NCBI GenBank assembly: GCA_963697335.1
Contig: CAVONQ010000001.1
Coordinates: 1 to 64,000, forward strand
Length of the DNA stretch: 64,000 nt
Direction: 5' to 3'
Origin: an uncultured cyanobacterium
Lineage (GTDB): Bacteria; Cyanobacteriota; Cyanobacteriia; PCC-6307; Cyanobiaceae
Part shown: positions 18,142-29,727 of the stretch, piece after piece
Numbering within the stretch: the stretch's first letter is position 1
Layout of the letters: every line of letters starts with the position of its first letter
Notes under the pieces: model-generated
What the model was told of the DNA's origin: nothing
Databases searched by the model: none
What the model saw: only the letters and a program-made list of their open reading frames with translations
Position numbers and translations under genes: made by a program

Positions 18142-18582
18142 TCAGCCCGCCTTGAAGTCGAGCGAGGCCGAGTTGACGCAGTAGCGCTGGCCCGTGGGGG
18201 CAGGCCCGTCATCGAACACGTGCCCCAGGTGCGCATCGCAGTTGGCGCAACGGATCTCGGCGCGCACCATGCCGTGGCTGCGGTCGATCAGGGTGGTGAT
18301 CGCCCCAGGCTTCACCCCATCCCAGAAGCTGGGCCAACCGGTGCCGGAGTCGAACTTGCTGGCGCTGCTGAACAGTTCGGCGTCGCAGCAGACGCAGTGG
18401 TAGATCCCCTGGCCCTTGTGGTTCCAGTAGGCACCACTGAAGGCCCGCTCGGTGCCGCCCTGGCGCGCCACCCGGAACTGCTCCGGGGTGAGGCTCTGGC
18501 GCCACACCTCCTCACTGGTGGTGCGGGCCAGGCCGCTCTCCACGCCGCAGGCGGAGGACTGGGGATCAGGGATGGCCGCCAT
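18142..18582 (-). CDS. msrB: Peptide-methionine (R)-S-oxide reductase
   Basis: [32 protein letters not shown] and two CxxC motifs. Confidence 0.95.
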   Translation of the reverse strand: MAAIPDPQSSACGVESGLARTTSEEVWRQSLTPEQFRVARQGGTERAFSGAYWNHKGQGIYHCVCCDAELFSSASKFDSGTGWPSFWDGVKPGAITTLIDRSHGMVRAEIRCANCDAHLGHVFDDGPAPTGQRYCVNSASLDFKAG

Positions 18583-18607
18583 GGGAACAACGCAAAGGAG
18601 CCCAACC

Positions 18608-19921
18608 CTAGGAATCGGGCTGGGGGCCCGGCAGCCCCGGGGGCAACAGCTCCAGCACCAGGTCGGCCAGGGAGGCCACCGCCCCGGGGCGGCCGCGCAG
18701 CTGGGCCAGGTCGTCCCGCATGGCCCCCAGCAGCGCCGGGGAGGCGAGCCAGTCGGCGGCCTCGGCAGCGATCTGCGCCGGCGTGATCGCCCCCACCCGT
18801 TCAGGCACCACCAGGCGCCCGGCCGCGATGTTCGGGGCCGCCAGGAAGCCGCGCTGACGCAGGCGCCAGAGGCTGAGCAGCGTTCCCAGCAGCGGGCGCA
18901 GCAGGGGCAGCCGTGCCAGCAGCCCCGCCAGGCCATCCCAGGCCTGCATCACGCCAAGGTGCTGGGTGGGCACCAGCACCATCATGGGCACCCCCAGGGC
19001 AGCCAGTTCCGCCGTGTTGGCCCCCACCGTGGTGAGCGCCAGGCAGCACTGGCTGAGGCTGGTGTGGGCCGGGCTCCGGCGCTCCAGGTCGATGCGGGTG
19101 CCGGCGGCCGTGATCAGGACATCTCCCTCCTGGCTGACGGTAGGCAGGCCGCCGCGGTAGGCCGCCGCGATCGGATTGGCCGGGCTGGCATGGCGCAACA
19201 GGCCCTCCACGCCGATGGTGGGGGCCAGGGGCAGCAGAAAGCGGCAGTCGGGCTGCAGGGCCGTCAGGCGATCGGCCGTGTCCAGCAGAAAGGGCACACC
19301 CACCTGCAACTTGGCGGGCTTGGAGCCGGGCAGCAGGGCCACCCAGCGGCCCGGCGGCAGGGGAGCATCGCTGCGGGCACCCTCGGAGAGATCCGCCATC
19401 AGATCCCCCACCACGGTGCAACGGGAGCGCCAGCGGCTGGGCAGGCGGGCCGCGGCGCGGGGACCCATGGCGGCAATGCGGTCGTTCCAGCGGGGCCAGC
19501 GGGCCACCCACTCCGCATAGGTGAGATGGCGATAGCCCAGGCGGGCCGAGAGCAGCACGCTCCAGAACTGATCCCCCCCCAGAAACACCACCACCCCCTG
19601 GCGGGGCCAGGGGCCGAACCGCTGCGGCCGCAGCAGCAGGCTCCAGAAGCGGCGCGCCGGCAGCGTGCGCTCGAACAGTCCCCAGGCCGCGGCGGCCCGG
19701 TGCTCCGTGCCGCTGCCATTGGGACAGGGCACCAGCACCAGATGCAGGGCGCAGGCAGCCTGGCGGCCAGCGGATCCAAGGCCCAGGCGTCGGTACAGGT
19801 GCTGGGCCAGGGGCCTCACCCAGGTGGTCAGCTCACCGGGGCCGTTGCTGACCAGCACGATGGCGGCGGCTGCAGGCCCAAGGGGCTCGACCGGCGCCGC
19901 AGTGGCCCTGGCCACAGGCAA
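18608..19921 (-). CDS. Lipid-A-disaccharide synthase-related glycosyltransferase
   Basis: SNGPGE, LLPGSK and GANTAEL motifs of cyanobacterial LpxB-like proteins. Confidence 0.8.
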   Translation of the reverse strand: MPVARATAAPVEPLGPAAAAIVLVSNGPGELTTWVRPLAQHLYRRLGLGSAGRQAACALHLVLVPCPNGSGTEHRAAAAWGLFERTLPARRFWSLLLRPQRFGPWPRQGVVVFLGGDQFWSVLLSARLGYRHLTYAEWVARWPRWNDRIAAMGPRAAARLPSRWRSRCTVVGDLMADLSEGARSDAPLPPGRWVALLPGSKPAKLQVGVPFLLDTADRLTALQPDCRFLLPLAPTIGVEGLLRHASPANPIAAAYRGGLPTVSQEGDVLITAAGTRIDLERRSPAHTSLSQCCLALTTVGANTAELAALGVPMMVLVPTQHLGVMQAWDGLAGLLARLPLLRPLLGTLLSLWRLRQRGFLAAPNIAAGRLVVPERVGAITPAQIAAEAADWLASPALLGAMRDDLAQLRGRPGAVASLADLVLELLPPGLPGPQPDS

Positions 19922-19932
19922 GAAAAGAAAAA

Positions 19933-20014
19933 TGCGGATGGCGAGACTTGAACTCGCAAGGCCGAAGCCACACGCCCCTCAAACGTGCGTGTCTACCAAT
20001 TCCACCACATCCGC
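19933..20014 (-). tRNA. tRNA-Leu(GAG)
   Basis: GCGGATGTGGTGGAATTGGTAGACACGCACGTTTGAGGGGCGTG...GAGTTCAAGTCTCGCCATCCGCA; long variable arm, CCA not encoded. Confidence 0.97.
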
Positions 20015-20173
20015 TTGATGCATCGGTTGGACCAGGCCCAGCCGGTGGGGCGACGAGCCCAGGAGGCCCATCGGCCCAGCACAATACCTAACGCTCCGCC
20101 CCGATCCCGCTGGGGACGCAGCGGTCAGCGCTGATACAGTCCGCCCTGGCCTGTACAAGCTGAGCTGCGGCGG

Positions 20174-21526
20174 ATGTCCATCGGCAAAGTGCTGATCGCC
20201 AACCGCGGCGAGATCGCCCTCCGCATCCTGCGCACCTGTCGGGAACTCGGCATTGCCACCGTGGCGGTTTACAGCACCGTGGACCGCAACGCCCTGCATG
20301 TGCAGTTGGCCGACGAGGCCGTGTGCGTGGGTGAGGCGCCCAGCTCGAAGAGCTACCTGAACATTCCCAACATCCTGGCGGCCGCCACCTCCCGCGGCGC
20401 CGATGCCATCCACCCCGGCTACGGCTTTCTGGCCGAGAATGACCGCTTCGCCGAGATCTGCGCCGACCACGGCCTCATCTTTGTGGGCCCCTCCCCCGAG
20501 GCGATCCGTGCGATGGGCGACAAGTCCACCGCCAAGATCACCATGCAGGGGGTGGGGGTGCCCACCATTCCCGGCAGTGAGGGCCTGCTGGAGCACCCCC
20601 GCCAGGCGGCCGAGCTGGCCGGGGCCATGGGCTATCCGGTGATGATCAAGGCCACAGCCGGGGGTGGCGGCCGAGGCATGCGCCTGGTGCCGAGTGCCGA
20701 TCAGCTCGAGAGCCTGTTCAAGGCCGCCCAGGGAGAAGCGGAGGCCGCCTTCGGCAATCCGGGCCTGTACATGGAGAAATTCATCGACCGCCCCCGCCAC
20801 GTGGAGGTGCAGGTGCTGGCCGATCGCCACGGCAATGTGGTGCACCTTGGGGAGCGCGACTGCTCGATCCAGCGGCGCCACCAGAAGCTGCTGGAGGAAT
20901 CGCCCAGTGTGGCGATCGATGCCGAGTTGCGCCGCCAGATGGGCGAGGCGGCCGTCAATGCAGCTCGCAGCATCGGCTACGAGGGAGCCGGCACGGTGGA
21001 GTTCCTGGTGGATCGCTCCGGCCGCTTCTATTTCATGGAGATGAACACCCGCATCCAGGTGGAGCATCCCGTCACCGAGGTGGTGACCGGCGTGGATCTG
21101 ATCGCCGAGCAGCTGCGCATCGCAGGCGGCGAGCCAATCTCCGTGAAACAGGAGGAGATCTGTCTGCGGGGTCACGCCATCGAGGTGCGCATCAACGCCG
21201 AGGACCCCCGCCAGAACTTCCGCCCGGCCCCGGGACGCATCACCGGCTGGCTACCCCCTGGGGGCCCCGGCGTGCGAGTCGACAGCCACGTCTACACGGG
21301 CTACGAGATTCCCCCCTTCTACGACTCCCTGATCGGAAAATTGATCGTTTGGGGTGTCGACCGCGACCACGCCCTGCGGCGCCTGCGCCGGGCTCTCTCG
21401 GAATGCGCCGTCACCGGCATCCCCACCACCATCGAATTTCACCTGCAGCTGCTGGATCGGCCCGAGTTCCAGAGCGGCGACGTGCACACTAAGTTCGTGG
21501 AGCAGGAGATGTTGCCGATGGTCTGA
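20174..21526 (+). CDS. accC: Acetyl-CoA carboxylase biotin carboxylase
   Basis: [43 protein letters not shown]. Confidence 0.98.
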   Translation: MSIGKVLIANRGEIALRILRTCRELGIATVAVYSTVDRNALHVQLADEAVCVGEAPSSKSYLNIPNILAAATSRGADAIHPGYGFLAENDRFAEICADHGLIFVGPSPEAIRAMGDKSTAKITMQGVGVPTIPGSEGLLEHPRQAAELAGAMGYPVMIKATAGGGGRGMRLVPSADQLESLFKAAQGEAEAAFGNPGLYMEKFIDRPRHVEVQVLADRHGNVVHLGERDCSIQRRHQKLLEESPSVAIDAELRRQMGEAAVNAARSIGYEGAGTVEFLVDRSGRFYFMEMNTRIQVEHPVTEVVTGVDLIAEQLRIAGGEPISVKQEEICLRGHAIEVRINAEDPRQNFRPAPGRITGWLPPGGPGVRVDSHVYTGYEIPPFYDSLIGKLIVWGVDRDHALRRLRRALSECAVTGIPTTIEFHLQLLDRPEFQSGDVHTKFVEQEMLPMV

Positions 21527-21533
21527 GGTCCGC

Positions 21534-21854
21534 TCAGGCCACGGCGCTGGCATGGCGCATCACCTGGGTCAGCACACCCTGCTGGCCCACCAGCAGCTCC
21601 CGCACCAGGCTGATCAGGCCCACCCACACCACCGGCGTCACATCCACCCCACCGATCGGCTGGATCAGGCGGCGGGTGGCCGCCAGCAGCGGTTCGGTTG
21701 GGGCCCCGATCAGCCGCATCACCCCCTGGCTGAGGTCCACCTGCGGATACCAGGTGAGCACAATGCGGAACAGGAACAACAGCGTCCAAAGCGCCAGCGA
21801 CAGGCCCAGCAGCAGGTGGGCCCAGGCCAGGGGGGAAGCGGGTAAAGCCGTCAC
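21534..21854 (-). CDS. YggT family membrane protein
   Basis: RIVLTWYP...TEPLL..RRLI.PIGGVDVTP. Confidence 0.9.
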   Translation of the reverse strand: MTALPASPLAWAHLLLGLSLALWTLLFLFRIVLTWYPQVDLSQGVMRLIGAPTEPLLAATRRLIQPIGGVDVTPVVWVGLISLVRELLVGQQGVLTQVMRHASAVA

Positions 21855-21945
21855 AAAGCTCTAAGCAGCAGAGGCCTGAGCGTAGGAACTTGCGGTCACT
21901 GCCTAGGATTCGACCACGACTCCAGCGCTTGCCCGGCACCGCCCC

Positions 21946-22068
21946 ATGACCCCTTCCCTCGCCAACTTCCTGAGCAGCCTCGCCTGGGGCGCAGTGATCG
22001 TGGTGGTGCCCATCTCGATCGCCCTGGTGCTGATCAGCCAGACCGACCAGGTGGATCGTCGCCTCTGA
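21946..22068 (+). CDS. psbX: Photosystem II protein PsbX (below the ORF-track size cutoff)
   Basis: Translated by hand: [40 protein letters not shown]. Confidence 0.93.
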   Translation: MTPSLANFLSSLAWGAVIVVVPISIALVLISQTDQVDRRL

Positions 22069-22156
22069 GGCCCGCCCGGCCCAACAGGATGCCCCCAGGG
22101 GGGGCCTGATCCTGGCCAACTGCCTAGAGTGGCGCGCAGCACCAGGGTGAGAGTTC

Positions 22157-23110
22157 GTGGTCAATGCCAGCCTGAACTGGGCCAGCATCGTCGGCATCGT
22201 GCTGGCAGTGGGTGGCGCGCTGCTCTACTTCATGCGCAGCTTCAAGCCGGCCCTCGCCCGCGACTACGACGTGTTTTTCGCGGCCGTGGGACTGCTCTGC
22301 GGCGGCATCCTCTTCTTCCAGGGCTGGCGGCTGGATCCGATCCTGCAGTTCGGCCAGTTCCTGCTGGCCGGCACCACGGTGTTCTTCGCCTATGAGAGCG
22401 TGCGTCTGCGGGGCGTGACCACCGAACAGGCCCGCCGCTCCTCCTACTTCGACGAAGACGAGCCGCCGGTGCCGGCAGGCCCCTTCCGTCCCCGCATGGG
22501 AGGTCGTCCCTGGGACGACGCTGACACCGAGCGCTTCGATGAACCGGAGCCGGTGCGCCGCCGCATTCCCAACCGGGATGCTGACGATGACTTCTACAAG
22601 ATGCGCCGCTCCAGTCGGGCTGCCATCCCCGAACGGGCGGCCAGCCGCCGCGGCGACAGCCCCCGCGTTGATGGCCCCCGTTCCGACAGCCCCCGCTCAG
22701 AAGCCGCGGCCTGGGACACCTCAGAACCCGCTGGGGAGCGCAGCCGCTACAGCGCCGGCGGCGGCAGACCTGCCGCCGATTTCGGTGCGCGCCGCCGCGA
22801 TCGCGACGCCATGAGTGAGCCCCGGCGCGGCTCCCGGCCCGTTCCCACCGCCGACCCATCCCTGCGCTCCAGTCGGCGGCCGGCCGGCGGCGGTGCCAGC
22901 CCCGCCGCAGCGGCCGCACCTGAGCGCCCGGGCATTCCCCAGGGCTCGCCGATCCGCTCCGCCGGCGCCCCCGCCGGGCCGGCCGCCAGCGAGATCAGCG
23001 ACGCCGACTTCAGCCCGATGCGTTCGCGGCAGGCCCCGCCGGCGGGACCCAGGCCAGGTGCGCCCCAGGGCTCCAGACCGCGGGACAACGTCTCCCGGTT
23101 TGACGACTGA
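22157..23110 (+). CDS. ycf66: Ycf66 family protein
   Basis: PALARDYDVFFAAVGLLCGGILFFQGWRLDPILQFGQ plus a low-complexity tail. Confidence 0.92.
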   Translation: MVNASLNWASIVGIVLAVGGALLYFMRSFKPALARDYDVFFAAVGLLCGGILFFQGWRLDPILQFGQFLLAGTTVFFAYESVRLRGVTTEQARRSSYFDEDEPPVPAGPFRPRMGGRPWDDADTERFDEPEPVRRRIPNRDADDDFYKMRRSSRAAIPERAASRRGDSPRVDGPRSDSPRSEAAAWDTSEPAGERSRYSAGGGRPAADFGARRRDRDAMSEPRRGSRPVPTADPSLRSSRRPAGGGASPAAAAAPERPGIPQGSPIRSAGAPAGPAASEISDADFSPMRSRQAPPAGPRPGAPQGSRPRDNVSRFDD

Positions 23111-23149
23111 CTCCCCCCCGAAACCATCCCTGAATCCGTCCCTGAATCG

Positions 23150-23719
23150 GTGCGCCACCTCTGGGTCGGGGCCCTTGTGGTGCTGCTCAACCTTGGGCTG
23201 GGCGGCTGCAACAGCGGCTGGTTGGGCCGTCGGCCGGCCTCCCCCACTGGCTTCGGGGCGCAGGGGAACCGCCTCGATCCGACCCTCAGCGGCGATGGCC
23301 GCTACCTGGCCTCGGTGCTGGAAGACCAGGGTCGCGCCAGGGTGGTGCTCCAGGAGCAACCCGGCGGCCGAGTTGTGCCGCTGCGCCACCTGCGCGGTCG
23401 AGAGCCGCACAGCTCCCCCTCCCTGAGCTGGAACGGCCGCTACATCGCCGCCCTGGTGCAGCAGGGGCCACGCCAGGTTCCCCTGCTCGAAGACCGCCTC
23501 ACGGGCCGCCTGGTGCGGCTGCCGCTGCCGGGCAACGCCCCGCCAGTGCGACTCAGCCTGGCCCCCGATGCCAGCCGCCTGGCCCTGCAGCTGGTGCGGC
23601 AGGGCCGCATGCAGGTGGAAGTGCTGGAGCTGGGCGGTCTGGTTGAGCCCGACCTCCCCGGCGGCAGCCAGGCCATTGGCGGTGAGGCAGGTTCAGGACA
23701 TCGCGGCGGGGGCGGCTGA
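23150..23719 (+). CDS. TolB-like (PD40 repeat) lipoprotein
   Basis: Lipobox LGGC; PTLSGDGRYLA and PSLSWNGRYIA repeats. Confidence 0.8.
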   Translation: MRHLWVGALVVLLNLGLGGCNSGWLGRRPASPTGFGAQGNRLDPTLSGDGRYLASVLEDQGRARVVLQEQPGGRVVPLRHLRGREPHSSPSLSWNGRYIAALVQQGPRQVPLLEDRLTGRLVRLPLPGNAPPVRLSLAPDASRLALQLVRQGRMQVEVLELGGLVEPDLPGGSQAIGGEAGSGHRGGGG

Positions 23720-23723
23720 GCCC

Positions 23724-24200
23724 ATGCCACGCCGGTTGCTGCTGACACTCCTGGCGGTGCTGCTGGCGGGTTGTTGGGGCCCCCAGCCCCGGCCAGACAG
23801 CGCGCTGAATCGCCAACTCGAGCAACTGGGCAACAGCCGCGATCCCTCCCTGAGCGGCACCTGGCTGGCCCTGATCAACGGCGATGGGGGCAGGGAACGG
23901 GTCCGCCTGATTGACCTGCGCAACCGGCGCCCGGTGCCCCTGCCAGGGCTGAACCGGCCTGACACCCAGCCGATCAGCGTGTCGGTGGATGCCAGAGGCG
24001 AACAGCTGGCCCTGGTGCGCCAGCTGGAGGGCCGCACCGAGCTGGTGCTCTACCGCCGCTCCAGCCAGAGCCTGCGGCCGATCGCCATGGCCCCCGCCGG
24101 GGTGCCTCGCCAGGTGCAGATCCGGGCCGATGGCCGTGAACTGGCCGTGCAGGTGAGCCGCAGCGGGCTCTGGCAGGTGGACCTGATCCAGTTGCCCTGA
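23724..24200 (+). CDS. TolB-like lipoprotein paralog
   Basis: Lipobox LAGC; DPSLSG and VPLPGLN motifs. Confidence 0.8.
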   Translation: MPRRLLLTLLAVLLAGCWGPQPRPDSALNRQLEQLGNSRDPSLSGTWLALINGDGGRERVRLIDLRNRRPVPLPGLNRPDTQPISVSVDARGEQLALVRQLEGRTELVLYRRSSQSLRPIAMAPAGVPRQVQIRADGRELAVQVSRSGLWQVDLIQLP

Positions 24201-24229
24201 AGCCGCCCGTTACCCCAGCGGCTGGGCCG

Positions 24230-24424
24230 TCAGGGCACCAGGCCGGCCCAGTGCAGGAAGGTGTCGTGGCTGATGGCCTCGATCACCAGCACCGCCAGGA
24301 AACCCAGCATGGCGAAACGGCCGTTGACCCGCTCGGCGTAGGCACTCCAGCCGAAGGCGGGAACATCGGCAGTGGTGGCACTGGTGGCCGGGCTGGCGCT
24401 GGAACTGTCTTCTGAGGTGCTCAT
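24230..24424 (-). CDS. hli: High-light-inducible protein (HLIP)
   Basis: AERVNGRFAMLGF chlorophyll-binding motif. Confidence 0.93.
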   Translation of the reverse strand: MSTSEDSSSASPATSATTADVPAFGWSAYAERVNGRFAMLGFLAVLVIEAISHDTFLHWAGLVP

Positions 24425-24440
24425 CGACTTGGGCCCGGCA

Positions 24441-26441
24441 TCAGGCTCCGCTCGCAGGTTGGCCCACGTCATAGCCGGCCGCCGGCAACAGCCGCCAGTG
24501 GCCCTTGCCGTCGAGCTCCAGCACGGTGTCGTGGAAGGCCGTGAGGGTGGGGCGGTGGCCGACGCTCACGAAGGCCATCTCCCGTTCCAGCAGCAGATCG
24601 TAGAGATGGCGCTCGGTGGCCACATCCAGGGCGCTGGTGGCCTCATCCAGCACCACGAAACGCGGGCTATTCAGCAGCAGCCGGGCGAAACCAAGCCGTT
24701 GCTGCTCACCGAGGGACAGCAGCCGCGGCCAGTCCTGCTTGATGTCGAGATCGGGGTAGCGGTGCACCAGCTCCGGCAGCCGCACCTCATCGAGCACATG
24801 CCGCAGCTGCTCGTCGCTGAAGCGATTCGGCGGCAAGGGGTAGCAGAGCTGCTCCCGCAGGCTGCCCAGCAGCATGTAGGGCTTCTGGGGGATGAACAGG
24901 AGCTCGCCTTCCTTGGGGCGCTGCACCGTGCCGGCCCCGGGTGGCCACAGCCCACTGACCAGACGCAGGAACGAGGTCTTGCCGCAACCCGAAGGACCCA
25001 CCACCAGCAGACGCTGGTGGCGGTCCACTTCCAGGCTCAGGTCGTGGATCAGGGTGCGGCCTGAGCCGGGGGGCACCAAGTCGACATGGCTCACCAGGAT
25101 GGAATCTCCGGGGGCGGCCTGGTCCGTCAGGAACTCCCCGGAGAACGTGTTCGCCATGGCGCCGCCGATCTCCTCCACCTTGCCCTGGAAGCCCTCGAGG
25201 CGGCTAATCGAAGCGGAGAAGGAAGCCAGTCTGTCGATGTTGTTGACGATGTAGCTCACCGAGAACAGCACCTGGGAAAAGGCGATGCTGGCCTGACCAA
25301 AGACACCGAAATCGACCTCCCGAGCAAAGTAGATCGGAGCGATCACGAGCCAGGGGAGGAAGCGGGAGAAATAATCGTAGGAGCGCTGGATCACACTGAT
25401 CAGCGCCTCCCATATGATCAGGCGATTGTAATTACGAATAGCTCCACCCAGCCGCCGCTCCGCCTCCTTCGACTCCTGCTGCTCGCCGCGATAAAAGGCA
25501 ATCGATTCGGCATTGTCGCGGATGTGAACGAGACCGTAACGGAAGTCGGCCTCCAGCTTCAGCTGCTGAAAGTTCAACGCCACCAGCTTGCGACTGGCAA
25601 ACACGATCAGCACCGTGCCGCCTACCGAATAGATCAGCAGCCACAGGGCCAGCTGGGAACTGATGCTCCACAGCACCACGATGAAACTGAAGAAGGTGAG
25701 CAAGGCGGACATCACCTCGACCGTCACACTCAAGCTGGTGGTGGTGAAACTGGCAGTGTCCTGGGAAATCCGCTGGTCAGGGTTGTCGATATCCTCGACA
25801 GACTCATCATTCGGATTCAGCAGGTAGTAGGCCCGGTTGGTGAGATAGCGATTCAACAATCTGCCACTCAGCCATTCACGCCACAACAGGCCCAGCCTGG
25901 GAATGAGATAGCTCTGCATCGCCCTGATCGGCAAGGCCAGCACCAGGCAGAAGGCGTAAATACCAACAATTTTCCAGAAGTTGTCCTGGTCATAGCCCAC
26001 CAGGGCATTATCCACATTACGGGCAATGAAGCTGATGCCAACGTTGATGCCATTGATCACAAGGATCAACAGAATGATGATTCCAAGCAGCAACCAGGGC
26101 AGCCAGCGCCCCTGGCGCAGCTTGCTGCGGAAGGCACCGAAACAGCCCAGGCCGCCGGCCATGGCCACCATCACGGCCGGGCCCAAGGGGCTGCGCCACA
26201 GGTTGGCGACCTGGTCGGGCACGCCGGGGAGGAAGCGGCTGCGCAGCTCGGGAATCAGGGCGCCCGTGAGGGCCACGGTGGCCGTCAGCAGCAGCAGGGT
26301 AAGGCCGACGACCACGGCCACCAGGGCAACCACCAGCAGCAGGAACTGCCAGCTGCGCGTTTCCTCCACCGGCAGGAAATAGGGCTGGGCCAGCCGCTGC
26401 AGCCGGCCCATCTGGCGGCGAAAAGCCTGGAAGGGAGTCAT
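24441..26441 (-). CDS. ABC transporter fused permease/ATPase (ABCD/YddA-like)
   Basis: DNPDQRI, EADFRY, GPSGCGKT, LSLGEQQR, LDEATSALD. Confidence 0.93.
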   Translation of the reverse strand: MTPFQAFRRQMGRLQRLAQPYFLPVEETRSWQFLLLVVALVAVVVGLTLLLLTATVALTGALIPELRSRFLPGVPDQVANLWRSPLGPAVMVAMAGGLGCFGAFRSKLRQGRWLPWLLLGIIILLILVINGINVGISFIARNVDNALVGYDQDNFWKIVGIYAFCLVLALPIRAMQSYLIPRLGLLWREWLSGRLLNRYLTNRAYYLLNPNDESVEDIDNPDQRISQDTASFTTTSLSVTVEVMSALLTFFSFIVVLWSISSQLALWLLIYSVGGTVLIVFASRKLVALNFQQLKLEADFRYGLVHIRDNAESIAFYRGEQQESKEAERRLGGAIRNYNRLIIWEALISVIQRSYDYFSRFLPWLVIAPIYFAREVDFGVFGQASIAFSQVLFSVSYIVNNIDRLASFSASISRLEGFQGKVEEIGGAMANTFSGEFLTDQAAPGDSILVSHVDLVPPGSGRTLIHDLSLEVDRHQRLLVVGPSGCGKTSFLRLVSGLWPPGAGTVQRPKEGELLFIPQKPYMLLGSLREQLCYPLPPNRFSDEQLRHVLDEVRLPELVHRYPDLDIKQDWPRLLSLGEQQRLGFARLLLNSPRFVVLDEATSALDVATERHLYDLLLEREMAFVSVGHRPTLTAFHDTVLELDGKGHWRLLPAAGYDVGQPASGA

Positions 26442-26481
26442 GGAGGTGCACAGATCCCCGAATTGTGCCTGGTGCCCGGGC

Positions 26482-26877
<396 letters not shown>

Positions 26878-26894
26878 TCAGACGATCCAGGGCG

Positions 26895-28466
26895 ATGTTG
26901 GCACGCTGCAGCAGCGCGGCCCTGCGGGGCCTGGAAGCCCGGCAGGTGACCGTGGAGGTGGACATCGGGCCCGGCCTGCCCGCGCTCCAGATGGTGGGCC
27001 TGGCCGACGCCGCCGTGCAGGAATCCCGGGAACGGGTGCGCTCAGCCCTGCGTCACAGCGGCTTTCGCGTGCCCCTGAGCCGGGTGGTGGTGAATCTGGC
27101 GCCGGCGGATCTGCCGAAGCAGGGGCCGGGTCTCGACCTGCCCATCGCCCTAGGCCTGCTGCTGGCCAGCGGCCAACTGGAGGCCCGGCTGCTCGAGGGC
27201 CTGTGGAGCGTGGGTGAACTGGGCCTCGATGGAGGCCTGCGGCCGGTGCGGGGGCTGCTCTGCGTAGCCCTGGAGGCCCGGCGGGCAGGAGCCCGGGGGC
27301 TGCTGGTGCCAGCGGCCAACGCGGGCGAGGCCGCCCTGGTGAGTGGGCTGCCGGTGTGGGGAGTCGCCGACCTGCGCAGCGCCGTGGCCCTGGTGCAGGG
27401 GGGCAAGCCCCCCCCGGCCCTGGCACCCCGTGCCGGCCCGGCCCCTCGCCTCGGCGGCGGCACCGACCTGGCGCAGGTGCGGGGCCAGCCCCATGGTCGC
27501 CGAGCCCTGGAAATTGCCGCCGCCGGCGGACACCACCTGTTGCTGGTGGGCCCGCCAGGCAGTGGCAAAACCATGCTGGCCCGCTGTCTGCCGGGGTTGC
27601 TGCCGCCGCTGCATCGCTCGGAAGCCCTGGAGCTCACCCGCATCCACTCGGTGGCGGGGCTGCTGGGGGAAGGGGAAGGGCTGGTGCGGCAGCGCCCGTT
27701 TCGCAGCCCGCACCACAGCTGTTCAGGCGCGGCCCTGGTGGGCGGCGGCAGCGTGCCCCGCCCCGGCGAGCTGGCCCTGGCCCACCACGGGGTGCTGTTT
27801 CTCGATGAGCTCGCCGAGTTCAGGCGCTCGGTGCTGGACCTGCTGCGCCAGCCCCTGGAGGAGGGCGAGATCTGGATCCACCGGCTGCGCCAGCGCACCC
27901 GCTTCCCCTGTGCCATCAGCCTGGTGGCAGCCACCAATCCCTGCTGCTGCGGCTGGTTCGGCGACCCCGACCGGGAGTGCAGCTGCGGTGAAGCGGCCCG
28001 GCTGCGCTACTGGCAGCGCCTGTCAGGTCCGCTGCTGGATCGCATCGACCTCCAGGTGGTGATGCGCCGCCCGGAGGCCACCAGCCTGGGGGTGCCTTAC
28101 CGCACGCCAGCCCTGGCGCAGCAAGCGCAAGGGGTTGGGTGCATCGGCCGGGGGGATGAGTCCAGTGGCCAGGTGGCCGCACGGGTGGAGGCGGCCAGGC
28201 AACGCATGGCCCGGCGCAACCCGGGGCGCCTGAGCAACGGACGACTCCCCGCCCACCGGCTGCCTCAGGTGCTCCAGCTGGAGGACTCCGCCCTCGACCT
28301 CTGGGAAGGAGCCCTGGCGCACAGGAGGCTGACCGCCCGGGGCGGCGAGCGCGTCCTGCGGGTGGCTCAGACCATCTGCGATCTGGAGGCACGCCAGCGC
28401 ATTTCAGCTGCAGCCGTGGCGGAGGCCCTCACCTTCCGCAGCTTTGAGGGGCTGGGGGAGCCCTGA
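26895..28466 (+). CDS. comM: YifB/ComM family AAA+ ATPase
   Basis: VNLAPADLPK, GPPGSGKT, RPFRSPHH, LFLDE, LSGPLLDRID. Confidence 0.9.
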   Translation: MLARCSSAALRGLEARQVTVEVDIGPGLPALQMVGLADAAVQESRERVRSALRHSGFRVPLSRVVVNLAPADLPKQGPGLDLPIALGLLLASGQLEARLLEGLWSVGELGLDGGLRPVRGLLCVALEARRAGARGLLVPAANAGEAALVSGLPVWGVADLRSAVALVQGGKPPPALAPRAGPAPRLGGGTDLAQVRGQPHGRRALEIAAAGGHHLLLVGPPGSGKTMLARCLPGLLPPLHRSEALELTRIHSVAGLLGEGEGLVRQRPFRSPHHSCSGAALVGGGSVPRPGELALAHHGVLFLDELAEFRRSVLDLLRQPLEEGEIWIHRLRQRTRFPCAISLVAATNPCCCGWFGDPDRECSCGEAARLRYWQRLSGPLLDRIDLQVVMRRPEATSLGVPYRTPALAQQAQGVGCIGRGDESSGQVAARVEAARQRMARRNPGRLSNGRLPAHRLPQVLQLEDSALDLWEGALAHRRLTARGGERVLRVAQTICDLEARQRISAAAVAEALTFRSFEGLGEP

Positions 28467-28493
28467 GACCACTGTCAGGGCTTGGTCAAGGGC

Positions 28494-28652
28494 TCAGCGA
28501 ACGGCGCGGTAGGGGCCATCGCCATAGGGCTGAACGCCCACCAGCGGGGGCTGGAGGCGGCGCTCCTCCTCAGGGTTGCCCAGGGCATGGCCCAGGCCGT
28601 CCCCGAACCAGAGAACAAAGGCACGCATCCGAACCAGGAATGAAGCAGCCAT
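28494..28652 (-). CDS. Small hypothetical protein
   Basis: ATG preceded by GAGGTG; ends PPLVGVQPY; lies downstream of rpsU. Confidence 0.5.
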   Translation of the reverse strand: MAASFLVRMRAFVLWFGDGLGHALGNPEEERRLQPPLVGVQPYGDGPYRAVR

Positions 28653-28740
28653 GGCCGACACCTCAGGAGTGATGGGCCCAGCCTGATTGATCCGCAGCGT
28701 TGGCGAAACCAGTGTTTGTACCCGTTCTGTAGAAGCCCGA

Positions 28741-28911
28741 TCAGCGGCGACGGCGACGCTGCTGGGCCTTGCGCTTGTACTTCTCGGTGGGGGTCTCGTG
28801 GTGGCGGAGCCGCTTGAGGTCGGCAAAGATGCCCGCCTTGGACACCTGGCGCTTGAACCGGCGCAGCGCCGATTCGATTCCTTCGTTTTCGCCGACGGTG
28901 ACCTGGGTCAT
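28741..28911 (-). CDS. rpsU: 30S ribosomal protein S21
   Basis: [28 protein letters not shown]. Confidence 0.97.
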   Translation of the reverse strand: MTQVTVGENEGIESALRRFKRQVSKAGIFADLKRLRHHETPTEKYKRKAQQRRRRR

Positions 28912-28964
28912 GAAGCGAGAGTGCTGGCACAGAGCAAGTGAGCCTAGCAACCGCCCCCCAACCT

Positions 28965-29639
28965 TCACCCCTCGGCAGGAGGCAGCTCCTCAACAGGAGC
29001 CGCTGGAGGGGCGCTGAGCTGGTCAGCCACCTCGCCGGGCCAACTGTCGCGGTAGACGTAGAGATGGCCGAGCCGGCGACCCTGGAAAGCGCGGCGCTTC
29101 AGCCCCCAGCCTGGCTCGAACACCAGTTGCAGATAGCCGCTGCCCGGGCCCTGGGTGCGGGCCACCACCATTTCGGGTCCCACCCCCGCCTTGGTCGGCA
29201 CGGCGAGGAGCAGGTTGTCGCCATTGCTGCGAATCACGCTCAGGCGGTAGCCGGAGCCCAGATCGGAGCCACCCACCCGCAGGGAATAGCCATTGGCGTC
29301 GAGGAAGCGGCCGCAGATGCCGGTGAAGTCGAAGGTGGACAGCAGAGGTTCCACCAAAGCCGGCTGGGAGCCGTTCACGGCGAAGCAGGGACGGGTGTCG
29401 CGGATCTGCTCGTAGATGTTGAGCTGGGCCCGCTCCCCATTGCCGATCGGCGCGGCCACCAGCACGAAACTCTGGGGGTTCACCTCAGTGGCCTCGAACA
29501 GGGCCGCCGCGGCTGCCGGCAAGGCACCTGGGCCAAGGGCCGCGGCGCCGACCAGGGCCAGGGCGGTGCTCGCCAGACGAGCCTGGAAAGGGGGCAGTGC
29601 GGACAACTCCATCACAGCTCGGGCCGGAACGATGGTCAT
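28965..29639 (-). CDS. DUF3747-like secreted protein
   Basis: Signal peptide; [27 protein letters not shown]. Confidence 0.8.
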   Translation of the reverse strand: MTIVPARAVMELSALPPFQARLASTALALVGAAALGPGALPAAAAALFEATEVNPQSFVLVAAPIGNGERAQLNIYEQIRDTRPCFAVNGSQPALVEPLLSTFDFTGICGRFLDANGYSLRVGGSDLGSGYRLSVIRSNGDNLLLAVPTKAGVGPEMVVARTQGPGSGYLQLVFEPGWGLKRRAFQGRRLGHLYVYRDSWPGEVADQLSAPPAAPVEELPPAEG

Positions 29640-29727
29640 GGTATGCAGCCAGGCCCCAGCCCACCAGGGGCGGGGGGCCAGAGCGAAGGCTGTTCGCCCC
29701 TGCCCAGGCTGGGCGGCCAGACCCGAC

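Noticed and set aside
19933..20014. tRNA-Leu as an island integration site
   Set aside because: Flanked by core genes, with no integrase, 3'-end duplication or GC shift.
23126..23148. Short tandem duplication TCCCTGAATC x2
   Set aside because: Only two short units with no spacers; not CRISPR-like.
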